A DNA stretch of 63,975 nucleotides, filler included, from Folioceros fuciformis (lineage: Eukaryota): assembly GCA_049999805.1 (NCBI GenBank). It is 6 parts of 5 records of this genome, joined end to end, with 100 filler letters (N's around TTAATTAATTAA, not from the genome) between each part and the next. Parts side by side here need not be neighbours in the genome. Positions count along the whole stretch, not along the records: positions 8,703 to 23,261 come from JBNGIO010005868.1; 5 more parts are not named here. One strand, given 5' to 3'. The position numbers were made by a program, and so were the translations under genes. Under the pieces are notes generated by a model, which was not told the DNA's origin, did not search any database, and was given only the letters and a program-made list of their open reading frames with translations. Of the stretch, positions 10,391 to 20,900 are shown piece after piece (positions within the stretch are counted from its first letter, which is position 1; each line of letters opens with the position of its first letter).

Positions 10391-12316
10391 ATTTTCCTTG
10401 TGTTCTACGTGCGATTATCTGAAGAGAAACATTCGCTCTGAATCGGATAAACAAAAACAAGGTACAAATAAGTTTTTTTGGTTTATGGTACTTAATTAAA
10501 TAATGTATGTTGCACATGTTCGTATTCCGGTGCTCTTTACCTTGACACAAGGAGTGCGCTGGTATACCGGCGCACTCTAGCCAAGTCTGGACAAGAGCGC
10601 TGGTCTACCGGCGCACTTTTCCAAGTGCATGAGAAGTGCGTCGGTAGACTGGCGCACTTATCATGATTCAGATGGAGTGCACCTATATACCGGCGCACTT
10701 CTTAGGACTCTGCTAGAGTGCGCCGGTATACCGGCGCACTCCCTCTGTCAAATGTGAGTGTATGCCGATATAAATCAGTGGGCGGTATGTGGGTGGCATT
10801 CGTTCATGACAGAGGGTTTCGAAAGCGACTTAAATGTACATTGACAAAGATTGAAGGCGAAGCAAGAGAAGAGTATCAAGCATCGTGTAAAATGCTATGG
10901 TGATCCGGTGAAATACCTTGGGTTGTCCGTAGATGGTATGGATCAGCAAAAAACTCAGATTCCTCATTTTGTGCGACTTCCAAAGGACTTGGCGGACATT
11001 GACCTTATTGACGTCCATGTTGTGGGATGCATGGTGTATAGTAGTACAATAACGCGTGAGCTTTTCATAGAGTATGGGAATATCAGGCAAGAACTTGACG
11101 ATTTCCATTATCCAGAATGTGATTCACGCATATGTTGGACTACTTCCAGGAGTTATGTACTTGCAGCTGGACAACACAGCAAGAGAGAACAAAAGCATGT
11201 TGCTGTTTTCTTATCTGAATATGTTAGTGGAGAAAAGAATCTTCAAGAAGGTAAAGGTGGGGTTTAACTAGTGGGCCACACTCACGACCAGGTGGACCAG
11301 ATGTTCTCTTGGTTTTTGATGGCTCTAGGAAGGAAAGAAGCTCTCACTTTACCTACACTCATTGCTGTTATGTAGAATGCTTACACACCAACGCCAGTAG
11401 TGCATGAAGTGAAGGAGATGCCAGACTTCCGGCGATTTATGTGGCCTATACCTTATGGGAAAGCTGGTTATCAAAATGTATCAGCTTTTCAACCACTGCA
11501 CAATATTTCGCTCCAACACTAGTTCAAGATCACAAGAGAGAGCCGAGGAGAACGGGGCTTTAAAACAATGATGCATTCAATCAACTCTGGTGTAGACNNN
11601 NNNNNNNNNNNNNNNNNNNNNNNNNNNNNNNNNNNNNNNNNNNNNNNNNNNNNNNNNNNNNNNNNNNNNNNNNNNNNNNNNNNNNNNNNNNNNNNNNCAA
11701 TTCTTCTTGGTGGTGGTATAATCGAGAGCCGGCTAAATTATTGAATGCACCCGTAACTATTTCGGACGAAATCGTTGTTCACAATCCACAGATTCGAGAG
11801 ATTCCCAGAAGAAACATGTATGTGGGTGCATACCGTAGGGGGGCGCAACTCTGTGACGACTGCGAAAGTTTGAATAGAGACATAACAAAAATAGAAAAAA
11901 GGCATATGATTGTTGTCCCTTGAGAGACTGACGAAGACAATAGGCTGTTTTGGATTGCCAAAGTCTTAGAGGCTGATGTTACATGCGAAAAACCATATGT
12001 GAAACTGCACTGGTGGGTCACCAAATGTTCAGATGCTTTTGAGGGTCGTTACCGAGAAGAGATGATTTTACCACATGAAGATCCGCCAAGAGGGTTACGA
12101 GGAGGTCACAGACGTAGGCCAAGTAGAAGACTTCAGAAGCATATAGATACATTATTCATTGAAGACACTTTCATTCTAGCGTATGGATTTGATTTGACAC
12201 ACCAAAAACAGCTTCCCTCCCGCACGAGGACCTTGATTCGCAAAAACCTATACATCCTCTATCACAACCAAGAAACATTGCTGCCTGAAAATAATGAAAA
12301 CTTGTTAGACGTTTAG
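10389..12316 (+). pseudogene. Spliced transposase pseudogene: exon 10389-10461, intron 10462-10812, exon from 10813 with stops and frameshifts, gap 11598-11697
   Basis: A phase-1 GT..AG splice joins RFSLCSTCDYLKRNIRSESDKQKQ-E-GFESDLNVH*QRLKAKQEKSIKHR in frame with ORF 10851. A frameshift leads into ORF 11074. Confidence 0.7.
10553..10740. repeat. Array B: 5 palindromic 24-bp repeats, 41-bp period, unique 17-nt spacers
   Basis: Repeats at 10553, 10594, 10635, 10676 and 10717. The last is the perfect palindrome AGTGCGCCGGTATACCGGCGCACT. Confidence 0.92.
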
Positions 12317-12409
12317 ATAAAACTATTAAGTACAAACTGGTATGATAACTTTTGTATTGAGCGGCAGACAAGTTTCGCTTTTCAATTGCCAAATATGTGA
12401 CTTTGGTAG

Positions 12410-12499
12410 TGTGCGCTGGTCAACCGGCGCACAACAAGTTAAGGTGCACCGGTAGACCGGCGCACTTTACCAAAGTGTGCGCCGGTCCAGGGGCGCACT
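12410..12499. repeat. Array C: 3 palindromic 24-bp repeats, 33-bp period
   Basis: Repeats at 12410, 12443 and 12476 with 9-nt spacers. Confidence 0.85.
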
Positions 12500-12882
12500 T
12501 CAACTTGTTGTATGCCGATTGATCGGCGGTCTATCCCACTTAAATTTCTGTAAAAATCAAACAAACATCGACGGGTGATAATTTTCAAGAATAGGGCCAA
12601 CTGATATGAGGTACAGCTCAAACACACAGGGCTTTACATGGAATCGGGTAATACCTGAATTTCGTGATACCTGCCATATTACGGGGTTTTGTCATGTATT
12701 TGAATGCAAGGACACCCACAAATTTGCTTATACTTTCATAAAAATTGATGTTTACGTTCGTAGGTAACACTCTTTTCCGCCACATTTATGCATCCCAGGA
12801 CAAAAACGCATCAAAATACGAATATTTGACATGAATTTTGAGCGTCAAAATTTCTCGAAGCCCAAAATGGCGGAATCCGCTC

Positions 12883-14856
12883 GTCTAGGTTAGACCTTAT
12901 TCCCAGGTGGTGAACCCTAAGCGAGTAAGGTTACCCGCCAACACCCTCCCTTAATCATGACAAGCTTAGGCGGCATAAAGGTGGGACTGATCACGGGGTT
13001 TGTGAAGGCGGTGTAGGATAGTCACAAGGCGGAGGTAGGCGCACAGGAAATAACCAGCAGCACTCATTGCAACACGTTCTTTGCAGCAAGGGCATGAGCT
13101 GGTGGGAGATGAGGCCTGCTACAAATCTCGCGACCACGTATGTGGCACTCCTCACTATCATCTTCGCAGGAATCCACACAGCTAGGGTGATCCTTCTATG
13201 CACAATGCGGTGAAGAGGGCCAAGCGTAGAGCACGAAGGGAGCAACCTGCAAGGCGGCCAGCTGAGGAAGAGTGGGACGAGTCCCACTTGATTGGGAGTA
13301 GCCTCAGAATCGGCAGCTAGAAGGTGCTCTTCAATGTCACTCTGTGTTGGGAAAGCTAGTGAAAGGGGGCGGCGAGTCAGCAAAAGACACCGAAGATGAG
13401 GCCAGTCTGCTAAGGCCGCTCCAGGAAACGTAGCGATTGTTGGGGCTGCTCAAGGAAACGTAGTGACTGTTGGGGCTGCTGTTGGATTATCAAGGAACTA
13501 TGAGACGGTATTAATCGAGTGCTGAACATCAGTTGCTGACAAAGATCAAGTTGCCTATAGCTTGACAATATGGCACATCAAGCATGTCCTGCTTATTAGC
13601 ATCTATCATAGGAGACTCGTATCTCGTGAGTTTCGTGCCTGCAGCACTTGGAGTAGTAGCTGGATGGGTCTGTCTCATGTTAAACCTGTGTAGAATTTCT
13701 GCTATGTACTTGTGTTGATGGATGATTAGCAGCCCCTCTGATCTAACCCTCAAAATCTGGATTCCTAAGCAGAATAGCAGGTCACCACTGCTCGTCATTT
13801 CGAAGGTGTTCCTTAACAAGGTCTTGACATGTAACAGAATGGCAAGGTTACTCTCTGCAAGGATTACATCATTGACATAAAGTGCAAGGATAACATAGGT
13901 AGATACATCTCAAAACATATAAACATTGGAGTAAGCTTTGCATTGTGTGAAACCCAGATACTTCAGGGCAGTATCACACCTTTTGTACCAGTGTTCCGCA
14001 CTTTGTTTTAGTCCATATAGGCATTTGATTAACAGGCAGACGTGGTCAAGGTGTTCAGGGTTAATATAGCCTTCTGGCTGCTCCATGTACAATTCTTCCT
14101 CAAGAATACCATGGAGAAAAGTTGTGCAAACGTCCATCTGCTGCAATTCTAGGTCATATTCCGCGGCAAGGGCCAGAATAATCCGAATGGATTGAGCACA
14201 TACAACTGGAGAAAAAGTTTATTGGTAATCCAATCGAGCAACCTAGGTAAATCCTCTTGCACACAGCATGGATTTGTAATGCGCTATGTGTCCTTGTGCA
14301 TTGAGTTTATGCTTAAACACCCACTTATAGGTTATAGGTTTCCTATTTGCAGGCCTGGGAACCAAACACCAAGTACCATTCTTAATGCAGCTGTTATACT
14401 CGTCATCAACAACGAATTTCCATTTTTCCTTGTATGGTCCAGTGAAAGCTTCTGTAAGAGAAGTTGGCTCGGGAGGCACATCTAGAGGAGAGGAAACTGC
14501 TGAGGTGGCATGATATCTGAAGTCAATACTAGAATATGGAGGTTCACTCCACTCGGAAGGGGGAGGTGTGTGTCTTGTAGAGTGACGTGGGCTAGCATCC
14601 TCAACATCGTCCTAAGTTGGTACAACTACAACTAGATCATGCTAAGGTAGCTCATTGACTGCATCAGGTATGTCATCCATCACCTGTGCATTCAGATTGT
14701 CTATAAATCCCAAGTCGTCCTCTAGATTTCCAGCATCTTATTCAACTTGATCATAATCTAAATCATTCAAGTCTGCTACTGGTGCCAAGGTGTAGAGGCA
14801 AAAAATATTCGTGAACCCCATTTTGAGTAACAGATTTGGTGGATTTTGATTTTTTT
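12883..14856 (-). mobile_element. Degenerate copia 3' half: RT, 3' region, PPT and start of the 3' LTR
   Basis: EPTSLTEA..W, KWVFKHK, QMDV.TTFLHG and LYGLKQ motifs (13529-14479). PPT AAGGGAGGG followed by TGTTGG at ~12943. RNase H appears to be deleted. Confidence 0.8.
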
Positions 14857-16085
14857 TGTGGAAGTGGTTTAGGGTGATTTATACCCAAAGTCTCCTTCGA
14901 CCATGGTACTTAGGGCGAATTGGTGGCCAGACCAAGTGTTTGGGGGGTGGCTGGATGTCCTTGGCCNNNNNNNNNNNNNNNNNNNNNNNNNNNNNNNNNN
15001 NNNNNNNNNNNNNNNNNNNNNNNNNNNNNNNNNNNNNNNNNNNNNNNNNNNNNNNNNNNNNNNNNNGGGTGTAGGTAGTTGTGAACTTAGGCTGGAAAAC
15101 AGGGATGCTGTGACTTGGTGACGGCAGATAGTCAAAGCTCGGCGACGGCAGGTAGCCGAAGTTTGGCGACGGAGGTAGTTGAAGCTCAATGATGGTCGCC
15201 GAAGGGAGGTAGTCGAAGGACAACGTCGGTAGTGGAAAGCTCTACCCCCGTTAGGGAACAGCGACGGTTGTCGAATTAGCAACCCAAGGTTGCTGAAACC
15301 CCTACCTGCATCAAGAGGACTGAAATGGAAATAACTGCAGCCAGAGTGACAGCAGGCACCCAGCATCCTTGGAGGGCAGAGAGTGGACAGCCAGGATAGG
15401 ACAGCCAGCAGCAGGAGTGAGGATAGGACAGCCAGCAGCAGGAGTGAGGTGGATATTTTTGGAAGAATTTGCTCAATCAACAGCATGGAAAGAGAGCTTG
15501 AAGATTTTGTGTGGCAGGGGAAGGTGGGCCAGAAGAATAAATAGAAGGAGAGAGAGTGGCGCTAAGGTAAGCCAGGAGTGGCTGCATCCTAGAATAGTAT
15601 TTAAATAAGATTTGGTAAGATGCTATTCTAACCTGGTGCCTCCTGCCATTAAGAGCACCTTTTTTTGAAGTTGACTATTTTAGAGCTAGACTTTGTGACG
15701 GGCTGTGACTCCCGCTCTTGGAAACTCTGTACAAAGAAATGGGGCCTATTGGTGCCTCTTTGATTTGCAAATGTTTGAGACTACTCCCGGTTGAGATCCC
15801 TGCGCTGTCCATGGCTGGACTGGAGTTGTCTAGGTGAGGCAGTGAGTGCGAGACACTCCTAGGGGTGGTTGAGAATTTTCGCTCCATAGCTGAAAGTGAG
15901 GGGGACGAATCTGCGAGTTGTGCAGAGTGGAAGGAGCACCTCCTTCCCTTATTCCCTGAACGGCCAGCTGTGTTTTGCAGTGGACAGTGAGGGGGACGAA
16001 TCCACCACTGCTGGAGGGGAGGGAGAGCTTCTCCTTCCCTTATTCCCTGAACTGGTTGATTGCATTTTTAATCTGGAGTCGAGAG
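14857..16085. mobile_element. Probable LTR-derived sequence starting TGTGGAAG, with gap and short tandem duplications
   Basis: TGTGG start at the break in the copia sequence. 27-bp duplication at ~15394-15448 and ~91-bp duplication at ~15896-16055. No recognisable coding. Confidence 0.4.
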
Positions 16086-16091
16086 TGTTAA

Positions 16092-17904
16092 TGTTAGGGT
16101 AGCCAGCATTAGTTTTATTTGAGTTATTTAAATTACAGTAGGCCAAACCCTAAAGGCACCTGATACGAATTGCTAGATTCGTATTGGTGCCACTAATAGT
16201 CGCATCCTAAAACCTAACTGACGTCGTTCACAGGACACCACCCCAACGGTCGTCCTCACGGCCTTTTAAGCGGCCCACGGCCTAATGCAATTCATTCCTT
16301 TGTCTAATCTCTCTCACGATCCTAATGAACTTTTATGGTATCAGAGCTAGATGGACCCTGCTGCGCCCCCTAGTACCTGCCAAATTTGCAAGAGTATCTG
16401 CTGCATTAAGAACCTCCCTCATGAGCTTTTCAGGGCGGTAATTGCTGCACTAAAGAACTCTCTCAGCAGATTTGGGAGCATGGCAGAAGTCTTTCTTGCA
16501 TGCGCAGTTAACCATTACTATTCTTGAGTCCTGCGCGATGCCGAGACAAAGAGGAAGGCGCAACGCCCCAACTTGTGACCCCTTCGCAGGCAGGCCTGCA
16601 CAAAGTGTGGCTGATCAGCATCATAACCTGCAGCATTTCTTCTCAACTTGCTGTCGACCCCTTGCACAACCTAGATCAGGTTCAAACACAAGTCAGGATA
16701 GACACTTACTGAAACCTGATCCCCTTGCAAATTTGAGGAACTAAATTCCACAAGAAATTGTAGCTGCACTCTCAATTTCAAAACAAAGAGCACAACTACT
16801 AGCACCCACCAACCTGTGTAGTTCTTGCTCATGCAAACTTGACACCTCGTCATACACGTTTGATAAACTTCGTTCAGAAATTCACAATATGGTCAAGGCA
16901 CAATCAAACAGCACCAAAGAGCATATTTCCTCTGTAAAAAATCAAGTCCATTCACTAAGTTGTCACGTTGAGTCCCTATCACGACAAGTATATATCCTGA
17001 ACACTGCACAGCATACAGAACCTGCTGTTAGAACCTTGGATATACCCTCAGCCGTGCAAGAACCATCAGCTGATTTTATAAAAATGTCACAAGCCTACCT
17101 TGCTTCCTTTCCAACTCAGCCTGAGCAATTCTAGGCCTTGGAGGCTGAGGCATCTCAACCCCTGTGATCAGGGGGCACATGTCATACAATAACCGAGGGC
17201 GGGGAATACATAACCCAAACCACACAGGTAGGGGAACAGGTAGAGGCAGGGGTCGCCAACAAAATCCTAATCCAAATTTTGTAGTCGATCCTCTGTCCTT
17301 TAACCAACAACCCGCATCCTCACAGTCAAGTGCAACTACATCCATATCTGTAAACAATCACACATCACAATTAGCTGCACTTGCAGCACATGCAGTTGTT
17401 TCAAATATGGCTCAACAGCCCAACACTGTGACTAACAACACTACTGTACATAATCAGAAAGTAGATTTTAAAGAAAAAGACAGATTTAATGGAACACAAT
17501 TTGACATTTGGGCATTACGGGTACAAACCATCCTTATGGAACATGATCTTTGGGGTGTAGTGACAGGAACTATACCCAAACCCGTAATGGGATCTGCACA
17601 GGTAGATATTGATGCATGGACCAAACTAGATCTGAGAGCTTTATGTGTCATCCAGTCTGCACTGGATGGAACCATGATGTATCATACACGAGATGTGGAC
17701 TCCACCAAAGCTGTTTGGGACTCCCTTACTCAAATATACCAAGTAACTAATGGAACTTCGATGGTAAGTGCCACAAGGGACTTCTACAACCTAAAAATGA
17801 GGGAACACGAATCAGTCGAACAGCATGTCATTAAGTTTAGAATGCTCAGATCCAGACTATCTTCTAGTGGCACAAAGACCATTGAGATGCAGGCTGCCAC
17901 GTAA
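16092..17904 (+). mobile_element. 5' end of a copia element: LTR, PBS 16336-16347, long leader, truncated gag
   Basis: TGGTATCAGAGC. Gag motifs DFKEKDRFNGTQFDIWALRVQTILMEHDLW and FYNLKMREHESV in ORF 17164-17904. Confidence 0.8.
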
Positions 17905-17970
17905 CCCTGCCGACTAGCTAGTTGCTGTAGACCGTAATTAATAGTATTTAATAATCACGAACGGGTGTGC

Positions 17971-20900
17971 TGTTGAGTTATCGAGCTCTATATGAGCTAA
18001 ACTCATGTGGTGTTAGTTATCCCAGTTGGGTTCATACTAGACTAGTTCTAGTTATTAGTGAACTTAGGATAGTGTAGATTATCCCATATTGAACCTGGAA
18101 GTTGTGTAGCCCTAAATGTACTACTTAAATGGAGACCTCGGACCTCCATAGTAAGACAGTGGTGATGTGTATTGTTTTCATGGTTGTGATCACCAATACC
18201 ACCCTCTCTTCTCTCCTCTCCTCTCCTACACTTGCACGTAGATTGGAGTCGATCCTATTGACATGGTATCAGAGCCCGGTGCAGGCGGTGCAAGATCGGC
18301 GTAGGAGGTGTTGCAAGAGGCAGCAAGAGTGCACACCAGAAGCTAGAGCAGCTACGAGAAGTTGGAGCAGCTTGGAGGGAGATCGGCAGCAAGCGTCCCG
18401 GCAGCTAACTCTCATATCGGTGTGTGCAGGAAGTGAGGAGAAGGGCGACAAGGCCCTGTCAGCTTACTGGACTAGCTGTTGATCCCCAGAGCTCTGTGGA
18501 AGGGCTGACAAGTGGAGGCAACAGCTGCAATAGCCTCAGCAGCTGCAAGAAAGTGTGCTAACCCTAGCTTGGCAGCAGGGAAGGAATTGACAGGAAATCT
18601 CACGGGAGCTTTGTGGGCAGACAGTCAAGAGTCTGTAAGGACACGGAGCATGAGACAATCTGGTTCACGCAAGGCAGCGTGATTCCGCACCAGATTGCTC
18701 TTAGGAAGAAGAGACTTAAGGTCTTGTGAGTAAAACTCCAGTCAGAAGCAGTCTGGTTCTTTCAGACATTTATCAGGTGTGAGTACTCAAGAAAGGATTG
18801 AGTGTCAACCTTGAGTGGTGGCAAGAATGGCCAGTGACAGTATTAACCAGATCGTACAGGAGAAGCTGGACAAAAACAACTTCCATGCCTGGAAGTTTCG
18901 TTTTACAAACTTTCTTATGGGAAAGGGTTATTGGGACTACATTGAGGGGGAGCATGAAAAACCCCCTGTAGTATTTGAACGGAATGCAACAGCGGAGCAG
19001 ATTAAGGCGCTGAAGGATTGGAGTCAAGGATCTCGGAAGGTCATGTATTGGCTATCAATCAACATTCATGACACCATGATTGGGCACATACAGGATGCAG
19101 AGTCGCCCAAAGAAGCATGGGATGAGTTGGTAAAACTCTATGAGACTAACACGAAGGCGAGAAAACTGCAGTTGAAGAATGACTTCAACACAGTTATGAA
19201 GAAGAACTTATCAATCAATGAGTACGCGTTAAAGATCAAAGGGATAGTGGAATCCCTTGCGTCCATTGGTGTCATTGTGGAAGATGATGACAAGGTCGAA
19301 GTTTGCTTGCGCGGGTTAACACCTGCCTACAAGCAGTTCAAGACTTCCATACAGACTCGGGAAAACATTCCCAATTTCTCAGACCTGATTTCTATGTTGA
19401 TCATAGAGGAGAAAAACCTAGGCGAGGAATCATCCTCTAAGCCTAAGGAAAACTTTGAGCAGGCCTTCTATTCTGGCAGAGGCAGAGGTAGAGCCCAAGG
19501 TGGCAGAGGGCAAAGAGGTGGTAGAGGTCGGAATCCCTACCAAAATCAACAACAGAATCAGGAGTCCCAGTACAAGAGTACACGTGGAAGAGGAGAAAAT
19601 TCTCGAGGCTGGGGGAGTCAAAGAGGACGTGGAAATCAACAACAAAATGATGCAAATGCAGACAATAGTGGTTGCTGGACTTGTGGTAGGTTAGACCACT
19701 TCGAAAGAGACTGTCCAAGGAGAAATCAAGGCAACAGGAGGCAGCAGAACAATTATGCCTCTAGCAGCAGTCAGAATGACTCAGAAAACTTGTTTGTCAT
19801 GCAGCATGTGCTTAACTCTGTGTCTGCTAATGGATCCAACAATGGTGAGATTGTGTGGTATGTGGACTCAGGAGCTTCGAACCACATGACATGCCATGGG
19901 GAGTGGTTCAAAGAAATGCAAGTGCTTGACAAACCTGGATATGTAGAAACTGGAGATGACACAACACATGCAATTGTGCATACAGGAACTGTACCTCTGA
20001 AGATGCAGGATGGCAAAGTGAAGTGCCTGGTAGATGTTCTTCACGTACCCAACATCACAAAGAACTTGGTGTCAGTTGGGCAGATGGTTGAGCAAGGACT
20101 GCAGGTTAGATTTACACCTGCAGGACTCTTTGTTGAAGAGTGCAAGAAAGGCGGTCGCCTGATTGCTCAAGGACAGAAGGTTGGACGGATGTTCACCTTG
20201 AACGTGGAGGTTCCTAAGCTGAAGTCAGCCATGTTTGCGAAGGGTACAAGGGTAGTGACAGACCTAGAGATGTGGCACAAACGCATTGGACATGTAAATG
20301 TGCAGAAGTTGAAGTCCATGCAGCATCAGAAGGTTGTCACAGGCATACCCAAGCTTACAGAAAATGGACTGCAAGGTATATGTGAAGCATGTCAACTTGG
20401 GAAACAGCCTAGGAATGCGTTCCCCCATGACAAACATGTCAGCAGATATGTGTTGGATGTTGTGCATTCAGATGTATGGGGTCCTACACAGACTGCATCA
20501 ATCGGAGGCTGCAAGTACTATGTGACCTTCATTGACAACCACATAAGGAAGGTGTGGGTCTATTTCATGAAAGAAAAAAGTGAAGTGATCACTCATTTTC
20601 ATACTTTCAAGGCGATGGTTGAGAAGCAGACAGGTAGGCACATCAAATGCCTAAGATCTGATGGAGGGGGAGAGTACTTCTCCAGAGAGTTCAGCAAATT
20701 CTTATCAGAACAGGGCATTCAACGGCAGTACTCATGTCGTTATACGCCACAACAAAATGGAGTTGCAGAGCGCAAGAACAGGCACATAGCAGAAGTGGCG
20801 AGAGCCTTGATGACAGAGAAGAAGATGCCTCACTACTATTGGGCTGAAGCTGTAAGCACAGCAGTGTACATCATGAACAGAACTTCCACAGCAGCGGTGC

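Larger units (their letters stand above)
10068..12882 (+). mobile_element. Degenerate DUF7869/Sola-like DDD DNA transposon with palindromic repeat arrays
   Basis: Transposase motifs RFSLCSTC, SVDGMDQ, YLQLDNTARENK and LVGHTHDQVDQMFS, plus a C-terminal FWIAKV region after the gap. Arrays of one palindrome lie at both ends. The right terminus near 12882 (...GGAATCCGCTC) is tentative. Confidence 0.7.

Noticed and set aside
9963-10441. Repetitive ORFs (ECAGLPAHSG repeats)
   Set aside because: Translation of the 42-bp tandem array and an LTR end.
10553-10740. Calling array B a true CRISPR
   Set aside because: Eukaryotic transposon context, no cas genes, spacers only 17 nt and degenerate repeats. 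Kept as a CRISPR-like repeat only.
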